Positions 38,966-51,227 of a DNA stretch of 64,000 bases are shown here, piece after piece; positions within the stretch are counted from its first letter, which is position 1, and every line of letters begins with the position of its first letter. The translations under genes and the position numbers were made by a program. The notes beneath the pieces were generated by a model. The model worked only from the letters and a program-made list of their open reading frames with translations, was not told the origin of the DNA and ran no database searches. This DNA comes from Trichosphaerium sp. ATCC 40318. Lineage: Eukaryota > Protista > Tubulinea. The DNA lies in contig JALMLS010000341.1 of NCBI GenBank assembly GCA_038496445.1, positions 1 through 64,000 of the forward strand, read 5' to 3'.

Positions 38966-40117
38966 CTAGTCTAGTAAAATGCGGCATAGAAGGCGGTGAC
39001 CTTGAATATATCTAAGCTCACCCAGGGTATCTTCATCATTCAATCTCTTTCCAATCGAAGGACTCACAACACTTAGTCCCATCTTCTGATACCCCATCGT
39101 ATGCTCCTCGAGTGGTTTATTGTAATAAACACGTAACTTTGATGGCGGAATACCTATTTTCATATAAAAAGCCTCCTTGACTTCCTCTATTGTACTGAAA
39201 TACGTGAACCCACGCAGAACTCTAAGTCCTTGGCTTGAATACATCCCAATAGTGACATCAATTTCTTTACCTTTAGAGACATCAAGAGAATACAAGCTAC
39301 GATTGACCTTGTCGTAAATGACATACACATCTGGGTTCTCGGAAACGCATATCTTGTCGATGTTTATGTCTGGCTCAAGGTACAACCAAACAAGGGTATT
39401 TTTGGTGTAGTCCAATACGCCAAGACCAGCATCACCGGCTCCAACCAAGACGTAAGAAGAATTTCGAGCTCGACACATTGTACAAGTTCCAGGGGCGATG
39501 AATGGTTGTACTCGCTTCTCGGTCATGTTGATTATAGCAAAGGAAGCGTTAGGAAGGCCAAGGACTGCCACATAGGTATCTTCACTTAGTACTAGGAATT
39601 CTTCGAAATCAAAAGGTACTTCGAAAGCAACACTTGTTTTTCCTCCTTCAACGTCAATCAGGGTTATCTTCTTCTCGTCTGTGTCACCAACAAACACTTT
39701 TCCGTTATCTGTTTGTACCAGTGTCTGGCTGTTGAAACAAGCCGACTCAGGAGTGCCAAAAGGTAGTGTAGAAACAGTCGCATCTTCGTTTTTGTCGGAA
39801 AATGAAATTTGACGAAAAGAGGTGTTCTTGGAATCCAAAACGTAGATGACATCTTTATCTTGATCGTAAACGAGGCCAGTAGGTTTACCAAAGCGTGCAG
39901 AGGTAGCTTCTCCGTCAGTTTTACCTTCGTCGGTTGGGTGACCCAATAGAGTTGTTTTAACGCCTTTGGCGTCTATCATTGTCACAGAGTTGTCGTTTGC
40001 GCAGGTGTAGATGATATTTTGTTTTCTGGACACCATACTTGATATTGAGGGTTTCTCATCATCTGTAAACGTGTATATTTTGTCTACAGTGTACATTAAA
40101 CCACCGTTGAAGCTCAT
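38966..40117 (-). CDS. Intronless NHL-like beta-propeller protein with a C-terminal ubiquitin-like domain
   Basis: DGEATSARFGKPTGLVYD..IYVLDSKNTSFRQI; C-terminal STIEEVKEAFYMKIGIPPSKLRVYY..LNDEDTLGEL. Confidence 0.75.
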   Translation of the reverse strand: MSFNGGLMYTVDKIYTFTDDEKPSISSMVSRKQNIIYTCANDNSVTMIDAKGVKTTLLGHPTDEGKTDGEATSARFGKPTGLVYDQDKDVIYVLDSKNTSFRQISFSDKNEDATVSTLPFGTPESACFNSQTLVQTDNGKVFVGDTDEKKITLIDVEGGKTSVAFEVPFDFEEFLVLSEDTYVAVLGLPNASFAIINMTEKRVQPFIAPGTCTMCRARNSSYVLVGAGDAGLGVLDYTKNTLVWLYLEPDINIDKICVSENPDVYVIYDKVNRSLYSLDVSKGKEIDVTIGMYSSQGLRVLRGFTYFSTIEEVKEAFYMKIGIPPSKLRVYYNKPLEEHTMGYQKMGLSVVSPSIGKRLNDEDTLGELRYIQGHRLLCRILLD

Positions 40118-40312
40118 GGTAGGAGAGTATTAAATAACAAATGAATCTACTTGACTAGGTTCTCATGAAACTGTCTGGATTCATTGAACTACACTCAATT
40201 GATCTTTTATAAAGCAAGAATTTATTAAGAAAGTCAATCTTGCTAGTGGAACGAAATTACAACAGCCTCACATTTTCAAATTTCTATGCTGACAATATTT
40301 GAGATTCATTGA

Positions 40313-40508
40313 CCTTCAACAGTCACACCAACCCCTACAATAACGTCTCCAACAACTGTAGCACAACCGCAATACAGTGCCACACGTCCAATAACATTAT
40401 TGCCTACAACAATACTTTCAGCAGTGTCACCAATGCGTGTCCTTTCAACCGTAGTGCCAACAAACACCTACCATACACCTTCAACCACAAACAAACCCTG
40501 GAATTGAC
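40313..40508 (+). pseudogene. Orphan Thr/Pro-rich (mucin-stalk-like) coding relic
   Basis: Frame PSTVTPTPTITSPTTVAQPQ..VPTNTYHTPSTT is bounded by stops, with no clear start. Confidence 0.3.
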
Positions 40509-42106
40509 AGTCAAGCTATATGGACACCTGATAACACGTAAATGCGTAACCCAACAAAATAACATGACATCCAATCCTACATGTACCAAAATTTCACCTT
40601 TTGAAATGTAACCTTGCAAGCTAGATTGCGCTGAAAAATAGAGCTAATAACCAATAATGCCGCACTAAGTAAGAAAAGTTCCAAACAGTGCTCTTGTATC
40701 CTTGTACGGCAGGCTTTTACTTGCAACAAAGCAGTCGAAGCTACTTAACTCTCTTATCTTTGGACTCGCAATAGCTCTACAGTTTTGATGCTATCAATAT
40801 TATGTACAAGCTCAGGCGGTAATCTGACGCTTGTACAGACATCGCCAGACTTGTTGCAATGCAAAGGAAACACGCCGTAACAAAGAATGGTTGGATCAGA
40901 ATTTAAAAAGAATTACAAAAAACACGTGATGCCTGCAATATCAACAAAACCATGTAAAATACGTTACTCCTTATGTTTGTTCGCTGAAAGCGAGGAGCGG
41001 TTTATGCTTTTAAATCTCGGACCGTTTCTGGACCGAAAACTGATATCTTAGGTCCGGTATCAGATTGGTGTTCGCTACCTCTACAATAAACTGATTCAAA
41101 CAAAAAGAAAGATTGGAGCATTTTTTTTGCAACTTGCAATTTTATGTGTAAAGTTTTAGTGATTGATTTAAAAAGAGTCTATGAGAACTTCCGAAGACAT
41201 GTAGTCAAAAATAACGGTCTGGAAACAATGTATAAACTAGTGAGATGATATATGATAGGACATGAAGGCGAAATTCAAGTTGACGTTACTTTTCAGAACA
41301 GAATTCTACACAATACACTCTACGGCATTGCTGCCATAAAATCACGTGAATACTATTTTACCCCAGTTCTCCTGGTGATACTTAACTATCTTTTGCCCAC
41401 GACTCGATATTTCTCGTGGTGTTTATCATATATTATGAGCTACTAACCGAATCAGAACTTTTTCTCTTTGAGCACAAGATTGTAAATCCTGTTTTTGGGG
41501 TACACCACTTTTCACGAAAAATAATAGAGCCAAGGGTGTTATGACAACATTGATTCTATTTCAAGAACTAAAAGAGCGATAGCGATAAATGATCCATTGG
41601 TTTGCGAAAGAGAAGTTTTAGATTGTGATTTTTCTTTACCTAGAACATGTTTTGTTGCACTGTTAAAGCTCTCTATTAAAACCATTTTGATATTCCGTGA
41701 TAAAACTTAAAAAGTGACGCCAACAAACTCTCCTTGGGAGTTTCTGTCATGTTTACTTTGTCACTGGCTCGTTTGGTTGAGAAAATAAGCAGGCGGTTTT
41801 AGAGCTTGAAACAAACATTATGATATTCTGTGACAACATAAAAGGGTAACCACAACAAACTCTTCGTGCGAATCACGTGATAGAACACATTTTTGTAGAG
41901 GTTTGTATGGCTGTCGTACGCTCGAGAATTTCCGTGTAAGCTGCTAATGTTACCTTTTAAAAAGGTATCATTTGCAATAGATTAATCGTTGATACAGGTA
42001 AAAAAAAGTGAGCACTGGCTAGCGACATGGAAGTTCTCGCTATTTTCAAGTAAATCACATATTTGTCTACTTTTTTAAAGGCAATACAACTTTTAGCATA
42101 CAAACA

Positions 42107-43111
42107 ATGCATCGCCTCTCGCTAATACTAGCCCTTCTCGCTCTTGTACTACTGTGTAAGGTACGTGTTACGAAAACAGAAATAATCTGCCCAAGTATGT
42201 TTGTTAACTGTCTACAGTGCCAACCTACAGCTGGTCCACCAGCAAACGCTACAGCAGTTTCACCAACTTCTGCAACAGCTAATGATCCGCCGGCAGACGC
42301 TACAGCAGTTTCACCAACTTCCTCGACAACTAATGATCCACCAGCAGACGCTACAGCAGTTTCACCGACTTCTTCAACAACTAACGATCCACCAGCAGAC
42401 GCTACAGCAGTTTCGCCAACTTCTCCAACAACTAGTGATCTACTTGGCGATGCTACAGCAGTTTCGCCAACTTCTCCAACAACTAATGATCCACCAGCCA
42501 ATACTACAGCAGTTTCACCGACTTCTTCGACAGCTAATGATCCACCAGCAGACGCAGTTTCACCAACTTCTTCGACAACTAATGATCCACCAGCAGACGC
42601 AGTTTTACCGACTTCTTCGACAACTAATGATCCACCGGCAGACGCTACAGCAGTTTCACCGACTTCTTCGACAACTAATGGCCCACCAGCAGTTTCACCA
42701 ACTTCTTCAGCAACTAATGATCCACCAACTGACGCTACAACTACAGTTTTTCCAACGGATGAAGCTGATGGTACAACTGCAGTTTTTCCAACATCTAATG
42801 ACCCACCAGCCGATGATACAGCAGTTTCACCAACTTCCTCGACAACTAATGATCCACCAGCAGACGCAGTTTCACCGACTTCTTCGACAACTAATGATCC
42901 ACCAGCAGACGCAGTTTCGCCAACTTCTTCGACAACTAATGATCCACCAACTGACGCTACAACTACAGTTTTTCCAACAGCTGCTTCAACAAGTAATCGC
43001 GTAAGTTGTATACGAGGTTGTAGGGCCGATTATAGAGAATGCGTCCGTAATGCCCCTATTGCTGTATGTAGAGTTGAAAGACGTTCTTGCCTTAGACTAT
43101 GCCCTATTTGA
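42107..43111 (+). CDS. Secreted mucin-like repeat protein with a C-terminal 6-Cys cationic domain
   Basis: Signal MHRLSLILALLALVLLCK; probable in-frame intron 42161-42217; TTNDPPADATAVSPTSS repeats; C-terminal CIRGCRADYRECVRNAPIAVCRVERRSCLRLC. Confidence 0.85.
   Translation: MHRLSLILALLALVLLCKVRVTKTEIICPSMFVNCLQCQPTAGPPANATAVSPTSATANDPPADATAVSPTSSTTNDPPADATAVSPTSSTTNDPPADATAVSPTSPTTSDLLGDATAVSPTSPTTNDPPANTTAVSPTSSTANDPPADAVSPTSSTTNDPPADAVLPTSSTTNDPPADATAVSPTSSTTNGPPAVSPTSSATNDPPTDATTTVFPTDEADGTTAVFPTSNDPPADDTAVSPTSSTTNDPPADAVSPTSSTTNDPPADAVSPTSSTTNDPPTDATTTVFPTAASTSNRVSCIRGCRADYRECVRNAPIAVCRVERRSCLRLCPI
42235..42980 (+). repeat. Coding minisatellite with ~42-48-bp units
   Basis: Repeated ACAACTAATGATCCACCAGCAGACGCTACAGCAGTTTCACCAACTTCTTCG. 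Confidence 0.95.
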
Positions 43112-43896
43112 CAGTCTTGAATGGCACACTGTTTAGTATTGTTCCCAATAGTAAACCCCTCACATTCCAAAATTGTTTCGTTAATCATTTGACTTTTAAA
43201 GCTTAGTGTTTAGACTATAACCTAAATGCAATATATTTTCTGCATCAAGTGATATCATTCACGTGATAAATCAGTTTGAATTATTGCTAAAATAGTAAGT
43301 TTTGAGAAACAAGAACTACTAACAATATGATGGTATTCTCAGATTAATGCCAAAGCTGTTTTTCTAGAAGAGTGGCAATGGACATTTACGCATTATGTAT
43401 ATGGTGAAATTGTATGAGTACTAGTCGCAGCAGTGCCCGATCTGTAAGAATCGGCCTTGACATAAGTACACAACGTACTGTCGGTAATGCTCTGCATACC
43501 AGTATAGTCATTTTGTAAATAAATGACAGTTGATTAAGAGTGTTGATGTTTAAGGTCATCTTAAAATATGATGGCTAAGCCTAAAACATACAATACCATG
43601 AGGATGAGAAAAAATCGGGAGAGATTCATGGCAAGGCTAATGGTAATGTGACAGAATGGTATATGCTCAAATTCATGTTGTATACTCCTGGAAGGGAGAT
43701 AAGAAAGAAGGAAGATGTCGACTATTTCATGGTTTTTTTTTAGACATTAGTGTGTTAGGCAATTTGGCTGCAAGTCCAGAAAAACAGCCAAGTACTTCCA
43801 ATTCTTAGCGCAACAGAAGGGTTTAAGTGATTGTAGGCCTAGAAAACTTCTCACGTGATCTCGTGATAAAAATAGATTAAAATTCAATTTCTAACG

Positions 43897-45780
43897 ATGA
43901 CTTATTACATTGCGCTTAAGACAAGTTTTCTTTGGCCAAGTTCTGGTTTTGGCACTAACAAACTGTCTCAAATAGACTTCTATCCTCAATGCTTTGTTTA
44001 ATACGCGAATAAATGGTATTTGTACATTCTAGGCTGTAACGTATTCTTGACACTTCTAGTCGCATGCATATCGCATACTAGATCGTTTTGGGCATAAATT
44101 GGGGGCTAAAACGCTTGATGAATGGTATACCTTCGACATTCGTAGTATAAACGATGTGGGCGCTGAATTTTTACTTCATAGGTGCGTCACAGCATAACCG
44201 AACAATTTTAGAGATTACGAACTAGTTTCCATCTCATCCTACGCTTAGATACAACAACAGCGTTCTTGCAATGGTGTCTAACGTGTATACACATTACAAA
44301 TGGGATAGCTCAAAATTCAAGTACGGATTGAAGACAAAAAGTGTTTCTCACTCTAGATGAAAGAACTGTCCCTCGACGCCACTGGCACAGCATCCAAAAC
44401 CAACATAATAAACTCTCTGATATAGCTGAAACACTAAACGTCCACCTGTTGAGCGACTGGTATAATATATCGTACCGTGACATAGTACGCCATGGTGGTC
44501 ATTTCATTAGCAAGTGAGTCTTGCCTACAAAGACGCCACGGCTCACATTCTCATTAGGTACAACGGTTCAGTCTACAACATGCTGTCACACATGTTTCCC
44601 AATCATGAGTGGGATATGGAGAGTTTCAAGTGCGTTCATCAACCGCTAAGCCAAAATCTAATTAAACTTCAAGGGTGGTCAATCAAGTAGCTGTAACAGT
44701 CTCTACGTACAGATTTAGTATACAGCTAGTAGTCTAATTAACATGACATCAGCGACTCTTCCACTGCTATTGAGATACAAGATTTTTTCAATGCGATGGG
44801 AGAACAACGAGGAATCACACATCTTGATACATGGCACTCAGTGCGAGTAGAAGATATCATAAAATCAGGAGGATTGCGTCTACTACAAAAGTACCCCACA
44901 TGGATATTCAATGACTTAAATAGCGTGTAGGTACAGTAGAAGCATCCGAAAGTTACTTGCATTAGCATACCCAAAGTTTAAATGGCATGAATGGAGGTTC
45001 AGGTATGATGTTAGAGCCTGTAGGCAGCTGCATTCCTACCAACTAAGCCTCTTACTTTTGTTTAAGTGTATCTAAAGATAAAGATACTAAAACAGTTCCT
45101 ACCGGTTACTGGAACGATCTAAATAACCAACGAGCACATATGGATGATATTAGTGAGAAGCTAGGCATCAAACATCTTGGCCAATGGGTAAATATAAAAC
45201 GACATGAAATAGAACCCTATGGTGTCGGGACATTAATAAACAAGTGCGGTCCTCGATTATCGTCTACACAGCTTAGTCTTCGTTAGGCACGGTGCAAGTA
45301 TGCCAAAGATGCTCAGAGCTGTATACAGCGATTATAACTGGCAGTTCAAGGATGCATCGTATTGGTCTAATACTGACAACCAAAAAACTTTCCTATCATA
45401 TGCTGCTGATAAGCTGCGCGTACGCACACCGAAACAATGGTGAGTAGTTTTTCTTCTTGTTGGTTTGTTATATTAACATCTGTAATAAAGGTACCGGGTA
45501 TCAGACATTGACTTGCTGTCTCTTGGACAGGGTACTGCTTGTTTGAAATTTTATCCAACAGCATTGATGTTGTTGTATCCTAAGCATGAGTGGAATTGGC
45601 ATAGATTCTCGTCAATTGGAAAGAAATCAAAGCAAAGGTAATATCTTTTGCTATTGTTGTTACCAACGGTTTTTTGGTTGCTAATTTGTTTCAAACTAGG
45701 CGATTGCTTTCATGTACAGAACTGTTCAATTTATGATTGTTTACCCAAATATTTGTTTATCCTCAAATCAAAGAACATGA
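43897..45780 (+). CDS. W-rich helical-repeat protein, paralogue of 24297-26539; ends approximate, decayed extra repeats at ~43320-43840
   Basis: HWHSIQNQHNKLSDIAETLNVHLLSDWY, GYWNDLNNQRAHMDDISEKLGIKHLGQW, LYPKHEWNWHRFS. Confidence 0.65.
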
Positions 45781-46087
45781 CAACTCAAATCTTGGCAGGA
45801 TGCCAAGTTTTTCTTCGATAGCTATTATTGTACATACGGCAAATAAATTATCTTATTGGTACCAGTTATTTTACCACAGATCTGAACTTAACACCCAAAA
45901 CCGGAAACTCGAGTTTCAGTAAAATGGTATGTGAGCATTTGTGAATAGGTGAGACACGGTCTGATACCATACTATAGTTTAAAACCATCCGCGTACCATT
46001 CATATGTTGACAAGAAACCGTAAACCGAACACAAAAACACAAAACAAAAAAAGTACCTTCAGTCAAACAACACTTATTCAACACTAA

Positions 46088-49000
46088 ATGTACTTGCGCG
46101 TCACTGGTACAACTGTTTTTGTTGTAGTTATGTATCTAACATAGCTTGTAGTCGGTAGTGCCGTTTTGCCAAGCAAAAAGAAGGTATGCGCTGAAGTTAA
46201 CTTTATTAACGCTTCTGGTGCCGTCTCTGGTACGTTTTGATGGAAAATAAACCATAAAGACGTTAAGACCGTTAAAATCTATAAAAATAGGATTATTTAA
46301 AACCTCATGGCACAGAGGAACATTCGAGCCACCTTTTGACCTACAATCATCATTGTGCGTTTTTTTGATAAAAACGCGTGTAAATTGCTAATAAACGATC
46401 AGATTAGCGTCAAAGTGCGAAGGTGTACTTGTTAGAATACTTGAGAAACGAGCCATTTTTAGTGCAAAGTGTATCGCTCAAGTGACAGTAAAACTCAACA
46501 AAGACAACATGGAAGGTGCGTCAGTGAAAGGTTAACACATTAATAACACGTGGTAGGTAAACCAATCAAACAAGACTTCCCTCTGAAAAGCAAAGGAAAG
46601 AAAGTACAAGCTGTTGGTAAAATATCGCTGACTTTGGAGCTTGTTGGCAAGGAATCTGCAAAGACAAGTGACAGTTCGAACAAAGCAATGAAATCAAGCA
46701 AAGACTACGTTGTTGATGTACAAACAAACGAACTAAAGGTACGATATCTGTCAACCTCTATTTTCTGTTTTTTCTCATTTGTGAAAGGTGTCTACTTTCT
46801 GGCGTCAACAAAACAAAATCCTGGATCAAAAGCAATTCATTATTGTGGAAGAAGACACTTTAGGTAACTTTTATCACGTGAAGCAGTTTTACATTTCTCA
46901 ACTTAACGCATGAAAAGTCGCAACTTAACATACTTTTAGATGATACTGATGGTACTGATACTGATAATGCAAGTATCGGTGATGACTTGTTCTATGGAGA
47001 TGCATTTGCAGGTATTCCAAGCAGTTCATGGACAGTTCCACCTATGCTTGAAAAAGTATCTGTAAGTCTTACGGAGTCATACAATGTTGTTGGTGGCATC
47101 TTTGTTTACCATTTCTTTGTAGCTTACTGTCAAGAGCTTAAAAGATGAACCAATTGTACTTGAAGAGCTTGAAGTCAATGCAATTGCAAGTGGGTTTTTG
47201 ACAAAAACAGAAGTGACCATGACATTCCGTAACACTTCTTCTAAATCTAATTTGGAAGGTACCCAATATTTGTTTCTGTTTGTCATCTCGTGCTGTAAGT
47301 TAAGCACTTGTTTTAGGTCAACTAGACTTCCCTATTCCTCCTGGTGCTACAATATCTGGTTATGCAATAGACATTGACGGAGCACTTGTACCTGCTTCGC
47401 TTGTAGAGAAGGTAAAGGCAAAACGTATCTTTGAAGATGAAGTTAGAAAGAGTACGATAAACTTTTCTCAGGTGGATTTCTTTTCACTCATACCCTTTTA
47501 GACGTTGATCCTGGTCTCTTGGAACACGTTAGAGGCAATTCATTCAAATCCCGCATATTCCCATTCGCTGCTGGTGGTACAAGACAAGTTCGTTTCACAT
47601 ACGTTTCAGAGCTTGTACGGAATGACAAAGGAGAGGTCTTGTATTGGTACGTTCGAAGAAGATGAAAAAGAGTTCTACAATCTAAATAACAGTGTTATGT
47701 TTTAGGCATCCGATCAACATTTCTGATACCTTGAAGCGATTTGCTGTGAATGTTCATATCATTCAAACAACCTCAACTCTTCCTACAGTTGTAACAGAGT
47801 CACTCAAAGGCAATGCATTCACGAAGCAAGATATATCAGCTGGCGTTGTTGCTTGTTCTTTGGCTATCGAAGAGAAGAATTTCTCACCAAAAGATCATGC
47901 ATTGATCATAAAGTTTCCAACGGATGACGTACAAGAAGCTCAAACATTTATTGAAAAGGGTCCTGATGATAACTTTTATTTGGCTTGTCAAGATGCCATC
48001 CCTAAAGACGTAGATCTTACACCACCAAAGCGTGTCGATCCTTCATGTGTGGCAATAGTGTGGGATGCATCATTAAGTCGCGAAAAAGTAGATAAGGCAC
48101 GTTTGAGCAATCGTTTGTTGTAGTTGTTTTTTTGTATCATTTCTCTAACTTGTTTGGGTTTGTAGACTTCTGAGTTTAAGTTCCTTGCTACTTTCTTGAA
48201 CAATCTGGATGATGCTGTAGATGTTGATGTATATCTAACACGACATGCATCCTCACCAGCAAAGCGATTCAAACCTGATAAAGTGTTTGACTTTATTGCC
48301 AACATTGATTACGATGGTGGTACGAGACTTTCTCAAATTATGTCCACAGCATCCGATTTGTCCGTGTATGACTATGTATTGCTATTTACCGATGGCATGG
48401 GATCTATTGGAGACGATGACGCCAAGTTTGTTGTTGACCCAAAGGGTGCGTTACCAATTGAACCAGTTCAAGCCTCCTAACATTTACACAGTTCCTCCTG
48501 TTTATGTGTTCTCCGGCTCTGGCCCTGCAACAAATACCACTCTTTTAAAACATTGGGCAAATTCTACAGGAGGAAGGCACGTGATATCAAAACACTAAAC
48601 GTATTCATGATATGTTCCTTATTACTTTGCTTAGATACTTTGATGTCACAACAAGTGATGTTCGTGATTCTGTTGCTAGTTTGGGCAAGATATCTCTAGC
48701 CTTTGTTTCTATCACATCTGAAAATGAGGATATGCTCGCTGAAGTTGTTCCACCTTTGATGACACCTCTTACAGGAAGACACTTTGTGTTTGCTTGCAAG
48801 TTGGATCTCACAAAAGGTAAACAAACCACTTTTAAAATCAACTACGGCTATGGCAAACACGATGTACGACATACCACTACGATCGAAGTTGATACCAATG
48901 ATATTACTGAGTCAGGTATGAATTAAAGTTAGGTTCACAAACTAGATATTAATCGATCAATGTTTAGGTCTAATTCCGTTGTTGTATGCCAACAAGAAGG

Positions 49001-50821
49001 TTGATGTTTTGACTGTTTTCAAAGAACAGAACAAAGATGCAATACTTCACCTTGGTAGAACTTTTGGTGTTGTTACACCTGGTACATCTCTACTTGTTCT
49101 CGAGACACTACAGCAACACTTGGAACATAAAGTTGTTCCAAATAAACTGCGTAAAGAAATGTACAAGAGTTACATGGATAAAAAACAAAGCGATGATAAA
49201 GTTGAACGAGACCAGACTGCACAAAAGATAGCTCAAGTCAAAGTACGTTTCTTCTCCATTGTAAACGTTTTAGCACGTGTTGCTGTGAGACTAATTTTTT
49301 TATGCAAAAGGAATGGTGGAGCACTAGAATAAGTTGGTGGAATACTACTTATGACGTACGTTATATTGGTTTATAAGGTACAACACTGACACCAATGGAA
49401 ATAGCCTAAAGCACATGCGAAAAACAGGTATTATGAGGACGAGTGTGAAGATGAAGAAGAAGAGTGTTCATCAAGTGCAGGTGATGAACGTAAAGAACTT
49501 GAATGCGAACGAAAAATGGAACGTGCTGAGCCTGAAAGGAGAACAAGAAAAAAGAAATCAAAAGCATCTTCAAAATCATCAGCACCTTCAATCAAAGTAC
49601 AATTCTGGGACCCTAAGACACCTTACATGAGTAAGTATTTAACTAATAACTTAATTAAGAGTTCACGTGTTTTCATGTATCTAACTTGAATTCTTTTTTA
49701 TTTAGCTGCGATAAAGAAACACTCAAAGTCAGAAGACAAGTATCATTGCTACTTGGATCAACGTGAAAAATACAGAAACTCACCTGCATTTTATCTTGAT
49801 GTCGCTCACCATTTCTTTTCTATCAACGAAAGAGATATTGGTGTACGTATTCTATCATCAATAAGTGAGTTGCGTTTGGATAGTCCTCAACTTTTACGTA
49901 TGATGGGGTACCTCTTGGACGAGAAAGTAAGCAAGACGGTTCTGTTGAGAATACATTGTACTCATGTTGTTTTTTTAGGAAGCATACGATTTGTCTATTC
50001 TCATCTTTGAACAAGTTCTGACTCTTCGTCCTGATGAACCTCAGAGCTACAGAGATCTTGCTCTTGTCTTGGAAAAGGTTGGAAAATACCAAAGAGCCAT
50101 TGAACTACTCTGGAAAGTGATCAAAGGACCAAACTGGAACAGTGCTTTTATTGAAATAGAAGGTACACCTGTGGTCAATTTACTCGTTTTATTGCTGACA
50201 TTTCGTTCAAGTAACTGCACTTTATGAGTTCAATAGTATTGTGGCAAAAGCCAAGAGAGAAGGGAAAGACCTTGAAATCCCAGAAGAATTACCAAACGAA
50301 CTTGTTAAAAATCTGGATGTTGATGTTCGCATCACACTCCAATGGGACACAGATAACACCGACATGGATCTTCATGGTAAGTAACTGTTATGTGTATGTA
50401 CTGTTGACGTATATTAAATAGTGATTGAACCGAATGGAGAAGAGGCATACTATGGTCATAGAAGGACAAGTGCAGGTGGCTTTTGTTCACGTGATTTTAC
50501 TCAAGGATATGGTAAGCTATTTCTGTTTATGTTTCTTTTCTGACTTATTGCTTCAGGTCCTGAAGAGTATCTCATCAAAAAAGCATTCCCAGGAGACTTT
50601 AGAGTCAAGACAAACTACTTTGCTCAGAACAATGCTTCGCTGACTGGTCCAACAACACTGCTCACTAAAATATTCACTAATTTTGGTCGTGATAATCAAC
50701 AGTGCAAACTCATTACTACTCGATTAGACGTATGTCTATTTTTATACTTGTTCGATTGTTAATGTAATTGCAATAGGGTGCAAAGGATAATGGTAATATT
50801 GGATCAATAACGTGGAAGTAA
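46088..50821 (+). CDS. C2 + VIT + vWA-like + TPR-like + DUF2135 protein, copy B (inverted duplicate of 18309-23112)
   Basis: Nearly identical exons and many introns to copy A, on the opposite strand. Confidence 0.85.
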
Positions 50822-51227
50822 AAGCCCTCTTTAACACTTATTTAAACTACTAGAAAACGAAAGTGTAGTCTTAAAATAAATCTATTTATTTTATTTCATT
50901 GCCAATAATTAAACTTCTCTATTGTACTTTTTGTATTAATTGTAGTGGAGGATAAGATATCCATTTTTTGTTTGTTGTCACACTTGTGTTTGTTTTTCTT
51001 GTCTTCCTGTAACTTGTTTTTCGTTTAGTTGTACTTTACTACCCAACACAAGAAGCATGACGAAACATGAGAGTATTGGTAGCAGTTTTGTGACACTACA
51101 ATCGTCAATTTTGAAGAAACGTAAACATGTGAAAACGTGGCCACTTTATCCAATTTCTTAAAACTTGCGCAAAAAATGGCCCGTGAGAGTCAGCTTTAGT
51201 CCAAACATCGCTTGCTGCTCCTACACT

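Noticed and set aside
42067-43004. Gln/Leu-rich alternative-frame ORF and antisense ORF
   Set aside because: Frame shadows of the coding minisatellite
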